NCBI GenBank assembly: GCA_965218695.1 | Contig: OZ244651.1 | Span: 2,048,001-2,112,000 of the forward strand | DNA from: Nitrosopumilus sp. | GTDB lineage: Archaea > Thermoproteota > Nitrososphaeria > Nitrososphaerales > Nitrosopumilaceae | Direction of reading: 5' to 3' | DNA length: 64,000 bases | Notes under the pieces: model-generated | Database searches by the model: none | Seen by the model: the letters and a program-made list of their open reading frames with translations, nothing else | Told to the model about the DNA's origin: nothing | Shown here: positions 51,570-61,280 of the stretch, piece after piece | Numbering within the stretch: position 1 is the first letter of the stretch | Layout of the letters: each line of letters begins with the position of its first letter | Translations under genes and position numbers: made by a program

Positions 51570-53114
51570 ATGTCCACGCTCAGAACCGTCCGGGTACTAG
51601 TCAAACTTCTTCCCTCAATCATCGCGTTGCGCAGGGACAGAAAGAGATGGGTCAAAAAGGAAGACAGGGTTGATCAAGCAAAGTTTCAAAGGCATGCCCG
51701 AAAGATGCTTGATACGTTCATCTCGCTTGGACCTGTATACATAAAACTGGGACAGTGGCTCTCATCGAGAGCAGACATACTGCCCCAACCGTATCTTGTG
51801 GAGCTTGCAAAACTGCAGGACAGCGTCCCTGCAGCCCCGTTTGATCTGGTAAGGCCGGTAATCGAGAGGGATCTGGGATCCATATCCGAGAGATTCGACG
51901 AGATAGATACCAACCCAATATCCGGCGCATCGCTGGGCCAGGTCTATCTGGGAACATCCGCCGGCAGGCAGATGGCCATCAAGGTAAAGAGGCCCGGCAT
52001 TGAGAAAGTCGTGGCCCTGGACATAAAGGTCCTGAAGAAGGTGCTTCCGCTGGCACTTAGGTTTGTAGATCCGGCCCTGCGGTATTCTGCAAAGGCCATG
52101 CTGGCCCAGTTCATAGAGACCATTTACGAGGAGATGGACTACGCCCACGAGTCGGCCAACCTTAAGAGGATCAAACACGACATGAGGGGGAACAAAAAGG
52201 TCGTGGTCCCGTCCGTATACGACGATCTCTCCTCAAAGAACGTCCTTACGATGGAGTATGTCCCCGGAATCAAGATAACGAACATTGAATCACTCGAAGA
52301 GAAGGGAATCGACAGGAAGGCACTGGTCATTGATGTCCACAAGGTCTTCTTTACGATGCTTTTACGGTACTCTGTCTTTCATGCAGACCCCCACCCGGGA
52401 AACATCTCGGTGACTGATGATGGCAGGTTGATTCTGTACGACTATGGGATGGTGGGAAGGCTTGACAACGAGACCCGGCTCAGGCTGGTCCGGCTGTACC
52501 TTGCCCTGGTGGAGAAGGATCCTGCAAGAACCGTCAATGCGATGGACGATCTTGGCATGCTGACTCCGGACTCCAACAGGATGGTAATAGAGAAGGGAAT
52601 CGGGATGACCATTGGCGCAATGCATGGCAAAAAGCCTGATGATATGGAGGTGGAGAGTCTGATGGAACTTGCAAACAGGACCATGAGCAAGTTTCCATTC
52701 GTATTGCCAAAGAACTTGGCCCTGTACATGAGGATGGCGTCGATCATTGAGGGAATCTACAAGACGCACAAGGTTGACTTTAAATTTGTAAGGGTGGTCC
52801 GGGAGATACTCCGGGAGGAGAGACTGATCAAGGACGCATACATAGAGGAGCTCAAGTACTCCTTTGAGAGGCTTGCAAAGTCCATTGACGCCACCATATC
52901 TGTCGCACCCGAACTCAAGAGGTTTTTGGACGAGAACCGGTCATTACAGTACGGCCCAAGATCCCGAACCGACAGACTGGTTCCAGGCAGCATACTCTCG
53001 GCTGCAATATTTCTCGGCTCGGCTGTAATATACACGACTGATGCCACGATTGGTGCTGCCGGCATGATATCATCGCTGATACTGATGGGCGTATTCGTAG
53101 CGTTTAGAAGGTAG
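51570..53114 (+). CDS. AarF/ABC1/UbiB family kinase
   Basis: LGPVYIKLGQ, ASLGQV, KVKRP, FHADPHPGN, DYGMVG. Confidence 0.94.
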   Translation: MSTLRTVRVLVKLLPSIIALRRDRKRWVKKEDRVDQAKFQRHARKMLDTFISLGPVYIKLGQWLSSRADILPQPYLVELAKLQDSVPAAPFDLVRPVIERDLGSISERFDEIDTNPISGASLGQVYLGTSAGRQMAIKVKRPGIEKVVALDIKVLKKVLPLALRFVDPALRYSAKAMLAQFIETIYEEMDYAHESANLKRIKHDMRGNKKVVVPSVYDDLSSKNVLTMEYVPGIKITNIESLEEKGIDRKALVIDVHKVFFTMLLRYSVFHADPHPGNISVTDDGRLILYDYGMVGRLDNETRLRLVRLYLALVEKDPARTVNAMDDLGMLTPDSNRMVIEKGIGMTIGAMHGKKPDDMEVESLMELANRTMSKFPFVLPKNLALYMRMASIIEGIYKTHKVDFKFVRVVREILREERLIKDAYIEELKYSFERLAKSIDATISVAPELKRFLDENRSLQYGPRSRTDRLVPGSILSAAIFLGSAVIYTTDATIGAAGMISSLILMGVFVAFRR

Positions 53115-53495
53115 CTACTCTATGGTGATGTCGGTTCCGTCCTTCCGGATGGGAATTGTAACTGTCAGGATCCCGTCTGCGTATCTTGCAGACGTGACTG
53201 CCTCCTCTGCCGGGTGAACCGGCAGTCTAACCCTCTTGTCAATTATCTCCGGCCGCTGATTGCAGATCATATCGTGTTCCTTTTTTGCATCCCTGCTGGC
53301 CTTGATGCCAAGAATCCTTCCCCTCAATGACAGCTTGATGTCCTTCTTTTCGAATCCCGGCATGTCTGCCTGCAGCACCAACACGTCCCCGTCCAGATGC
53401 ATGTCTACCGGTGGCAGGACAAACTCGTAAAACTCCCTTGATTTGTTTTCAATCTCCCTCATCATCTCCCTTGCCATCGATCCGGCCAATCCCAT
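53115..53495 (-). CDS. Small heat-shock protein Hsp20
   Basis: ADMPG, ARYADGILTVTIP. Confidence 0.92.
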   Translation of the reverse strand: MGLAGSMAREMMREIENKSREFYEFVLPPVDMHLDGDVLVLQADMPGFEKKDIKLSLRGRILGIKASRDAKKEHDMICNQRPEIIDKRVRLPVHPAEEAVTSARYADGILTVTIPIRKDGTDITIE

Positions 53496-53543
53496 TTTCT
53501 ATTGTATCTGATTTTTACTTATAAAGATTGATGGATCCAAAAC

Positions 53544-55088
53544 GTATGAATTCACCTGCCCCTTATATCAGTCGACCAACTTCTTCGGCCACGCTCTTGC
53601 CATGTGCCCTCCACGTGAGGACGCACGTGACAAAATCTGCAAGGCGCTTCATGGCCTTGGAGCCGCCCTTGGTCTGCCCGCTTATCTTGCGGAACACCAC
53701 CAGGTAGCGCAGCGCCCTCTCGCTGGCGTTGTTTGTAGGCTCGACGCCGGGATGCTCCAGGAACGCAAACATGCGGTGCAGGTGCCTCTCGAGCTTGTCC
53801 AGCACCTTTTGCATGTCGTCATCGTCACCACCACCACCGGCATCGCGGTACCGGTCAAGCACGTCCTGCATGGTGCGGTTCATCGTATGCCGCAGCTGTG
53901 GCGAGCGCGCCTCCTGCGCGGCCAGCAGTTTTGCCCTCTCAAACACCCACTTGTGGTCCTCGTGGAGCTGCTGCTGCCGCCGCCGGACACGTTTGGTCTC
54001 GGGAGGCACGGCGCAGTATTTTTCTGCCAGGTGCCTTGTCTGCCGGAGGTCGTGCGCCCAGCACGACTGGTGCATGCCGTCCTTGTCAAACCTGTCATAT
54101 CCGTTGTACCCGTCAGTTATCGCCACCCCGTCAAATTTGTCCATGGCATCGAGCATGAGCGTGGCCCTGCTCTGGCTGATGTTTATTGCGATGTTTTTGC
54201 CCGACTGTGCCACGTTTGCGTGTACCTTCTGGCCGTCGTTTCGCCAGCTGGTTTCGTCAAACCCGGCACAGTCAGAAGCCTCCACTTCCCCGAGGATCCT
54301 GCCTGCCTCGTGGCCCGAGGCGTCCCCGACGCGTGCCATGATGTTGTTGACGGTGGATCCTGCAAGCATAATGCCCGTTATGGAGCGCACCGCGACCGAG
54401 ATTCCCTTGAGCGGCACCCGTGCCGCGCGCAGTTCTGAGACGAGTCCGACCATGCCCTTGCCGAAGTTGCCCCGCCGCGGCAGGTCGTTTGGAGCATCTT
54501 CCCTGCGGCCGCATGAGCCGCATACTGCAGTCTCCACGCGGTGCCGCGTCTCGCACGCAGTCACCCTGATGTCCGTGATGTCCCGCACGCGCGGACTGCC
54601 AATCGCCATCCGGCCGCCGCCGCCGCCGCACCCGCATTCCGGGAGCACCGGCACCCGCCTCCTGCCCGACTTCCTGCGCCCGAACCTGTGGGATACGGTC
54701 CTTTCCGGGTCGTGGGGGCGCGACGCCCCCGCGTGTCCCTTTCTTCCCCCGCGCTTGGATTTGCCCTCCTTTTCCTGTTTTTTTGCCCGCTCCCTCTTCT
54801 GGGCCTTCCATTCCAGGGATTCAGATGAGGGCGGCGTGTTGGGGTTTGTATAGTATGTCATGAGGCGTTCGCTGTACCCCAAGGCCCTTTCAAGACGTTC
54901 TATCCTGCCAAGTGCCTTCTCAAGATCGGATTTGAGGGTGGCAATCTCCCGGTTCCGTGCTAGGAGTTCCTCTTTTAGCTGGTCCCTGCTCATGTGCCGT
55001 GAATTTACCATGTAAAGTGATGTGTATTGCCAGCATATGGATCAGTATGATCATTTTTTTGTGACAGGAAGGACAGGTGAATTCATAC
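53544..55088 (-). mobile_element. IS66-family element (single ORF)
   Basis: TIR GTATGAATTCACCTG; 8-bp TSD TCCAAAAC (53536-53543, 55089-55096). Confidence 0.93.
53563..55011 (-). CDS. IS66 transposase
   Basis: NTPPS, FDETSW, TDGYNGY, QSCWAH, TNNASERALR. Confidence 0.93.
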   Translation of the reverse strand: MVNSRHMSRDQLKEELLARNREIATLKSDLEKALGRIERLERALGYSERLMTYYTNPNTPPSSESLEWKAQKRERAKKQEKEGKSKRGGRKGHAGASRPHDPERTVSHRFGRRKSGRRRVPVLPECGCGGGGGRMAIGSPRVRDITDIRVTACETRHRVETAVCGSCGRREDAPNDLPRRGNFGKGMVGLVSELRAARVPLKGISVAVRSITGIMLAGSTVNNIMARVGDASGHEAGRILGEVEASDCAGFDETSWRNDGQKVHANVAQSGKNIAINISQSRATLMLDAMDKFDGVAITDGYNGYDRFDKDGMHQSCWAHDLRQTRHLAEKYCAVPPETKRVRRRQQQLHEDHKWVFERAKLLAAQEARSPQLRHTMNRTMQDVLDRYRDAGGGGDDDDMQKVLDKLERHLHRMFAFLEHPGVEPTNNASERALRYLVVFRKISGQTKGGSKAMKRLADFVTCVLTWRAHGKSVAEEVGRLI

Positions 55089-55100
55089 TCCAAAACTAGG

Positions 55101-56532
55101 TGTATAGTCCCGAAAGTTGTTCACCCCCCACATGAGGCTCCGGCCCGGGGTGGACATGCCCAATGAAGGACATTATCCGCGGCATGGCATCGCGTGCAAG
55201 ATTACTGGGAAATGCAGTCAGCCTGTCCCTTACCAGAAACGACGGTGTGTGGGTTTCCCGTCGGTGGAGACGCTCGGCCGTGTGGCGTCATATAGGAAGA
55301 CGGAGAGTGCGAGTGATGAAAAAGCTTGACCAGTCCAAAGTCGAATGGATCATACAAGAAAAGCGCAAGAATTCCCGCAACAAAGAGATTGCAGCAAGCA
55401 TGGGAGTGTCGGTCCGCTGGGTCCAAAAGCTGTGGAAGAGGTACAGGGACAAGGATCGGATCGCGTATCCTGCTCCCATGGGCAGGCCCAAAAAGTGCGC
55501 GCCCGGGAGGCGGGATCATTCGGCGGTTTTATCGGCTGCGTCCACTGCAGTCCACGGGGCAGCGTCCCTGGAGCGCATCATAAAGTCGCTTACAGGAATA
55601 CATATCCCACACAACGTCCTGCACAGGATATTGAAGGATGCCGATTTTGCAGACACCCAGCCAAGGAAGAGCCAGCGCCGCAAGTGGATCCGCTACGAGC
55701 GCGAGCACTCCAACTCGATGTGGCACACAGACTACAAACAGCTTGACGACGGCAGGTGGTTCCTGTGCTATGAAGACGACGCCTCGCGCTTCGTGACCGG
55801 ATTTGGGGTATTTGAGGAGGCGACAACCGAAAACGCCCTGAAGGTGCTCGACGAGGCCATAAAAAATTACGGCAAGCCCGCATCGATCCTGACTGACCGC
55901 GGCGCCCAGTTCTATGCCACGGAATCCGAGGTCAAGAAGAAGGGAGCCTCCAGGTTCGAGCAGAGGCTAGTCGAGCTTGGAATCAGGCACATACTGGCGC
56001 GCGTGCGGCACCCCCAAACCAACGGCAAGCTGGAGCGCCTGCACGGGGAGATGCAGCGCAAGCTGCGCCGGTTCGAGGCGGCATCTTCTGCCAAGACCAG
56101 GCGCGGCGCCTCAGGGGATTCCCACGTTGGAGGGCCGTTTTGCACCGCGCCAGCAAAGGATCCCGTGGAGCGGTTCATGGAGTGGTACAACCACGACCGG
56201 CCGCACATGTCCCTTGACTGGGACAACCTCGAGACCCCGGCGCAGGCATTCGAAAGAAAGATGCCCCCTGCAGGAGAGATGGTAGTGGACGGCCAGACCG
56301 GTGAGGAATACCGCGCAGAATAGCTGTCCGGCACGACGTCACAACCGCGCCCCATCCTGGGGGATGTTGCGCACAATTTTTTGAAAGTCGTCATGCGTGG
56401 AGTGGAAATGACAAAAATTCATGATTCCGGACGCAGGATCCAACACAAGACAATTATGCAACAGCCGGCAACATCAAACATGGAAGTACCTCCAAGTCTT
56501 GGAGGGGGGCGAACTACTTTCGGGATCCCACA
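55101..56532 (+). mobile_element. IS481-family element
   Basis: TGT..ACA ends, TIR core TCCCGAAAGT(T/A)GTTC; 15-bp TSD GGATCCAAAACTAGG (56533-56547; left copy split by IS66). Confidence 0.9.
55163..56323 (+). CDS. IS481 transposase (HTH + rve integrase core)
   Basis: WHTDY, DDASR, TDRGAQF, PQTNGKLER, YNHDRPH. Confidence 0.94.
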   Translation: MKDIIRGMASRARLLGNAVSLSLTRNDGVWVSRRWRRSAVWRHIGRRRVRVMKKLDQSKVEWIIQEKRKNSRNKEIAASMGVSVRWVQKLWKRYRDKDRIAYPAPMGRPKKCAPGRRDHSAVLSAASTAVHGAASLERIIKSLTGIHIPHNVLHRILKDADFADTQPRKSQRRKWIRYEREHSNSMWHTDYKQLDDGRWFLCYEDDASRFVTGFGVFEEATTENALKVLDEAIKNYGKPASILTDRGAQFYATESEVKKKGASRFEQRLVELGIRHILARVRHPQTNGKLERLHGEMQRKLRRFEAASSAKTRRGASGDSHVGGPFCTAPAKDPVERFMEWYNHDRPHMSLDWDNLETPAQAFERKMPPAGEMVVDGQTGEEYRAE

Positions 56533-56605
56533 GGATCCAAAACTAGGCCACCCCCAAAACCAGACGGGGGATTAATTAATACGGGATTGACTACCGTCTA
56601 TACTC

Positions 56606-57187
56606 ATGATTATTGTAATCGAGGGTGGGGATCAGGCAGGCAAGATGACCCAGTCTGCCATGCTCAAGCAGACCCTTGCTGCGCGTGGAGATAAAGTCCA
56701 ACAGTTTGACTTTCCGGATTATACCACCCCGATAGGACATGAGATCAGGCGATACTTGGAGAGGAAACAAGAGTACGCGCCACAGGTAATCCACTGTCTT
56801 CTAGCTGCAAACCGGTGGGAGAAGCTTCATGACATTGAGGAGGCCCAGAGGAACAACGACTTTTTGATAATGAACAGGTACTACCACTCCAATATAGTGT
56901 ACGGTACTACCAACGGAGTGGACCGCCGGTGGCTTGAGAATCTTGATTCCGGACTGCCCAAGGCAGACATCGTCATTCTGCTGGATATTGCAGCAGAGGA
57001 GTCGTTCCGCAGGAAGAGCCTTGATCGTGACCGGTTTGAAGGAAATGTGGAGTTTGTCAGGCATGTGCGGGATGCATATCGTGATGCCGCTGCAGGGAAT
57101 AGCCACTGGCATGTGATCGATGCATTAAAGCCCAAAAAGGATATTCATGAAGAGATTCTTCAGATATTAGAGCAGGCCGGCAAATGA
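56606..57187 (+). CDS. tmk: dTMP kinase
   Basis: IEGGDQAGK, FPDY, ANRWE, NRYYHS. Confidence 0.93.
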   Translation: MIIVIEGGDQAGKMTQSAMLKQTLAARGDKVQQFDFPDYTTPIGHEIRRYLERKQEYAPQVIHCLLAANRWEKLHDIEEAQRNNDFLIMNRYYHSNIVYGTTNGVDRRWLENLDSGLPKADIVILLDIAAEESFRRKSLDRDRFEGNVEFVRHVRDAYRDAAAGNSHWHVIDALKPKKDIHEEILQILEQAGK

Positions 57188-58413
57188 AAAAGTATCTAGA
57201 CATTATTGATCCGATCCATGACTTTGTCCAAGTCTCCAAGTCCGAACTGGCACTGGTTGACAGTCCGCTCTTTCAGAGACTTAGGCGGATAAAGCAGCTC
57301 TCCTGTGCATTTACCGTGTATCCCACGGCGCTTCACACGCGGTTTGAACACTCCCTAGGAGTCATGTATATTGCAGGCCAGGCAGGCCAGGCACTGTACG
57401 AAAAGGAGGCAATAAAGTCAGACGAGATCGACGTTCTCCGGCTGGCAGGACTGCTCCATGATATAGGACACGGGCCGTTCTCACACATCTTTGAGGAGGT
57501 AAGCGGGACAGGGAAACCCACGCACGAGGACTTTGGGAGTAGACTCATTTTAGAGTCCGATATTGGCGACTCCCTGCAGAGCAGTGGTTTTGAGAAGAGG
57601 CTCATAGCCGATGTCGCATTTGACCGATCCCGGTTCAGGTACCTCAACGAGATAATCTCAGGCAGCCTCAGCGCCGATCTTATGGACTATCTGCTCAGGG
57701 ACAGCTATTTCACAGGCACCGAACATGCACGGATCGACTACAAGAGAATCACGCACTCCCTTGACGTACACCAGGGGCATCTGGCACTGGACCAGTCAGC
57801 ACTGTACTCCTTTGAATCCATGGTGTACTCCAGATACCAGATGTTCAAGGCAGTATACTTTCACAAGACCGTAAGGGCAGCTGAAGTCATGCTGGTCGAG
57901 GCACTGAAACTCTCTGATGACGAGTTCGGATTCACCACGTTTGGCCCCGATGAGTTCCTTGACCTGACTGACGAGCAGGCACTGATCATGATTGCATCCT
58001 CCAAATCCCCAAATCTTAGCCGTGCACGGAGAATTGTTGAGGACTATAAAAACAGAAGGCTGATCAAGTGCGTATTTGAGAGGATCCACACAGGCAGCAC
58101 AGACACGGAGATGAACACCGATGACGTCCGTGCAGAGATCTCTAAGAGAACACACGTAGACGAGGATGAGATCTTTGTTGACAGCGCGGCTGCCTCCTCG
58201 CTGCCCACCATGCCCTCAAACAGCATGCACCAGTCGATCCTGCTGATGACGCGCCGGGGAGAGCAATCCTCCGGACGGGAGGTGCTGGTCTCAGACATGC
58301 CGATAGTCTCGGCCATCTCCGGCTACATGAACATACTCCGGGTCTATACATATCCCCAAAACAGAAAAAAAGTTGAAATTGCAGCAGGCTCAATACTTGG
58401 GGATCTGAAATGA
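57184..58413 (+). CDS. HD-domain phosphohydrolase (dNTPase-like)
   Basis: [37 protein letters not shown]. Confidence 0.93.
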   Translation: MKKYLDIIDPIHDFVQVSKSELALVDSPLFQRLRRIKQLSCAFTVYPTALHTRFEHSLGVMYIAGQAGQALYEKEAIKSDEIDVLRLAGLLHDIGHGPFSHIFEEVSGTGKPTHEDFGSRLILESDIGDSLQSSGFEKRLIADVAFDRSRFRYLNEIISGSLSADLMDYLLRDSYFTGTEHARIDYKRITHSLDVHQGHLALDQSALYSFESMVYSRYQMFKAVYFHKTVRAAEVMLVEALKLSDDEFGFTTFGPDEFLDLTDEQALIMIASSKSPNLSRARRIVEDYKNRRLIKCVFERIHTGSTDTEMNTDDVRAEISKRTHVDEDEIFVDSAAASSLPTMPSNSMHQSILLMTRRGEQSSGREVLVSDMPIVSAISGYMNILRVYTYPQNRKKVEIAAGSILGDLK

Positions 58414-59090
58414 AGAGGGTTGTAATCAAGCTGTCAGGACGAGTATTTGGCATGGACAACGTAAAGGTGCTGGCCGATTATGCCGAGTTCCTGGCAAGGG
58501 TGAGCAAGGTATGCCAGCCCATCGTGGTTGCCGGAGGAGGAACCATTGCGCGCCACTACATATCCCACGCCAGATACTCCGGCGCAGACGAATCCAGTCT
58601 TGACGAGTTGGGCATTGAGATCTCGCGGCTCAATGCCAAGCTGTTGATATACGCCCTCAAGAACAGGGCTTATCTGCACCCGCCTGTCACCCTACAGGAG
58701 ATTCGTCATGCAGTGGACGGGGGACTGATAGTGGTCACGGGTGGACTACACCCGGGCCAGAGCACCAACGGGACTGCAGCACTGATCGCAGAGAAGGTTC
58801 AGGCCGAGCAGTTTCTCAACGCAACTGACGTAGACGGGGTGTACGACATGGATCCCAAAAAATTCAAGAACGCAAAAAAGTTCAGGCGCATCGAGCTGAA
58901 GAATCTCAAGGCCATGCTGGTTCACGAGGACTCTGTCGCAGGAGGATACGATCTGATGGACATTCTTGCCCTGAAGGTAATAGAGCGCTCCAGAGTCAAG
59001 ACGAGAATAATAAAGGCGGATCCGAAGATCATTGAAAGCGCCATTAATGGTGCCGACGTGGGAACCGAGATTACCCTGCCCTCATTCTGA
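58410..59090 (+). CDS. pyrH: Uridylate kinase
   Basis: [23 protein letters not shown]. Confidence 0.95.
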   Translation: MKRVVIKLSGRVFGMDNVKVLADYAEFLARVSKVCQPIVVAGGGTIARHYISHARYSGADESSLDELGIEISRLNAKLLIYALKNRAYLHPPVTLQEIRHAVDGGLIVVTGGLHPGQSTNGTAALIAEKVQAEQFLNATDVDGVYDMDPKKFKNAKKFRRIELKNLKAMLVHEDSVAGGYDLMDILALKVIERSRVKTRIIKADPKIIESAINGADVGTEITLPSF

Positions 59091-59453
59091 ATCGTTCTGG
59101 ACGGTACGTTTTGTCTCAGTCCAGATGCGGATCTCGCTTTTAGGATACTCTGGTATTCCGGTCTGGCGCAGCTTCCCAAAGACTGACACGGCCTCGTCTC
59201 TTCCCGTCGTCTTTGACTGCGCCTTTGTAAAGCCGTCACCGTCTACGATAATTGCCACGTAGCCGCCCTCAGATTCAATCACTGCCGTATACTCCTCCTC
59301 CCCTACGGGCTCAAAACTCTGGCCGTTCTTCTTGGTGGTAAGTGTCAGCATGCCAAATCCGGCTGCCTTGAACATCTTCATCTGCGATCTGTTTGCCCTC
59401 TGCCTTCCCTTCTGAACCGCCTGAAAGTACTGCATTACATCCTTTTGCTCCAA
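59082..59453 (-). CDS. Hypothetical protein (start TTG 59453 or ATG 59435)
   Basis: C-terminal part of ORF 59082-59738; the upstream part overlaps the opposite gene. Confidence 0.7.
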   Translation of the reverse strand: MEQKDVMQYFQAVQKGRQRANRSQMKMFKAAGFGMLTLTTKKNGQSFEPVGEEEYTAVIESEGGYVAIIVDGDGFTKAQSKTTGRDEAVSVFGKLRQTGIPEYPKSEIRIWTETKRTVQNDSE

Positions 59454-59484
59454 TGGTATAATAATCATCTTAACACAGTACACA

Positions 59485-60036
59485 GTGATGGTCAATCCCA
59501 AGATCTTTGTGGGGGCAGCAGCTGCCGTACTTGCAGTCATACTCGGCGGCATTCTTCTGACAGGATCGTCACTAATAGAGGCCCCCGGTACGGGCGGGTC
59601 CCAGACACTACAGATACAGCCCCTCCAGGTCGAACTTGACGAGATCTCCGTGGCCAAGATCTCAGAGCGGACCGCCACAATTGACGTGGTATTTACAATC
59701 TCCAATCCCAACCCGCGTGCAGTACTAGTCCAGACCATGGACTATCAGCTCTATGAGACAGGCTACTCCGAATCCGAGCAGCTCTCAGGCGGCCAGATAG
59801 GAAGCAGGCCTGAGGGAATAGTGGAGTTTGGCTCCAACTACTATACCCTTCTTGGCGACAACATGATCGTCTTAAAGGACACCATCACACTGAGAAACTC
59901 TGGCAACACGCCGCAGCTATGGGCCAATCTGCAGGACGATTCGGCCTCTTGGAGGATTACCGGCACGGTATTTTACAATCTAAGCTCCATGACCAGCGGA
60001 CAGGAGAACGAGGTCCACTTTGAGTTTGTCCGATAG
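59485..60036 (+). CDS. Membrane-anchored LEA_2/WHy-like protein
   Basis: N-terminal TM, FTISNPN motif. Confidence 0.7.
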   Translation: MMVNPKIFVGAAAAVLAVILGGILLTGSSLIEAPGTGGSQTLQIQPLQVELDEISVAKISERTATIDVVFTISNPNPRAVLVQTMDYQLYETGYSESEQLSGGQIGSRPEGIVEFGSNYYTLLGDNMIVLKDTITLRNSGNTPQLWANLQDDSASWRITGTVFYNLSSMTSGQENEVHFEFVR

Positions 60037-60126
60037 GTATCATAGAATGATAAAATTATGATACTTTGTTTTTAAAAAAAATAAATTGGAAAAGTTATAA
60101 AAGCTCGTTAAGCGTTTTTTCATTAA

Positions 60127-60237
60127 ATGGCAGAAGCAGGTATGGCCGCCTTTGGCGCGGCAGCAGGAGTCGCAATTGCACTAGCAGTAGTGTGTTTTGC
60201 TCTTCGTGGCAAGGGACATCCCGAACCACTGGATTAA
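60127..60237 (+). CDS. Small single-TM peptide (36 aa; not in ORF track)
   Basis: MAEAGMAAFGAAAGVAIALAVVCFALRGKGHPEPLD; TATA-like TTATAAA upstream, T-rich tract downstream. Confidence 0.7.
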   Translation: MAEAGMAAFGAAAGVAIALAVVCFALRGKGHPEPLD

Positions 60238-60362
60238 ACAAAGGAACGCATCCTTTACAATATTTTTCATTTATCAAGAATTCAGTCTGTGGTGGGTCTC
60301 TCACGGGCACGAACCTGCACGGGAATCATACGGGTTAGGATGCACACCATCTGCGGTCCGGG

Positions 60363-61010
60363 CTAGTTCTTGTCGCCCAATCCAAGCATCTCTGCGAGGG
60401 ATATCTGCTTGGTGTTCTTTCTCTTTGTAAAGCACCGCTCATAGTACTGGCATTCTGCACATCTGGCCGACGGCTCCAGAACCGGCACCTTCTGCTCCTT
60501 GAGGAGGCTGGCCAGCACGCGAACCCTTCTGACGGTCTCCTCAAACATCTTTTTATTGCGCGTCAGCGAGAATGTGGTCTCCCTTCTGTCCCCGGTGATG
60601 TAGACTATGATGCCGTCGTACTTGTCGTATATCCACATGCATGCATTAATGTACAGCATGTCGTCTGCCGCAGGATTCTCCGGCTCGACTGCTGCTGACC
60701 TGAACAGCAGTATGGCATCATCTGCTATCATGTCTGCATGCCCCCTCAGCTTGAGATCGTCTATTGCAAAATCCTTGGGCTCGCTGCCGTACTGGAACTT
60801 CTTGAGCAGCCCTGAGACCAGCTCGTTGAATCCCCTAATCTCGATATCCAGAGAATCCACCCTGTCATAGTACGAGCGCCTCAGACACTGGACTGCCTCC
60901 TTGAGGTGGATGGTCTTGATGTCCTTGGAGTCTATGCTGACCTCCAATTCCTTGCTTATGGATCCAATCGCACCGCGTATTGTGGTCTGAAAATCCCTGT
61001 CACCCATCAT
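60363..61010 (-). CDS. Solo Cas4-like PD-(D/E)XK protein
   Basis: QCLRRSYY, LRGHAD, C-terminal C..C.....C Fe-S staple. Confidence 0.8.
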   Translation of the reverse strand: MMGDRDFQTTIRGAIGSISKELEVSIDSKDIKTIHLKEAVQCLRRSYYDRVDSLDIEIRGFNELVSGLLKKFQYGSEPKDFAIDDLKLRGHADMIADDAILLFRSAAVEPENPAADDMLYINACMWIYDKYDGIIVYITGDRRETTFSLTRNKKMFEETVRRVRVLASLLKEQKVPVLEPSARCAECQYYERCFTKRKNTKQISLAEMLGLGDKN

Positions 61011-61042
61011 GATGTATTACCCGCCCGAGTATTCCTTATAAC

Positions 61043-61276
61043 CTAGCTTACTATTCTGGCCACTGCCCTTGAAATTCTGTCTGAGAATGCCAAGGTTGCA
61101 AAATGGACTCCGAATCCGGCCACCGCCCCGACTACCAGCTGGCCCGTCCCAAGATATATTCCCAGAAATATTCCAAGCGGCGGGAGTGCAAATATCATCG
61201 CCATGAATGAGCTGCCCCAGATTGTACTGATCAGGGTCTCTGCGGTAGGACCGGCTCCTCTCTTCAGGCCCGACAT
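61043..61276 (-). CDS. Small hypothetical membrane protein
   Basis: Two hydrophobic segments. Confidence 0.7.
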   Translation of the reverse strand: MSGLKRGAGPTAETLISTIWGSSFMAMIFALPPLGIFLGIYLGTGQLVVGAVAGFGVHFATLAFSDRISRAVARIVS

Positions 61277-61280
61277 CCCA

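Noticed and set aside
57184-58413. HD dNTPase as antiviral system
   Set aside because: Lies in the tmk-pyrH nucleotide metabolism operon with no defence context.
60363-61010. CRISPR-Cas locus implied by Cas4
   Set aside because: No cas1/cas2 or array in the window; solo Cas4-like genes are known.
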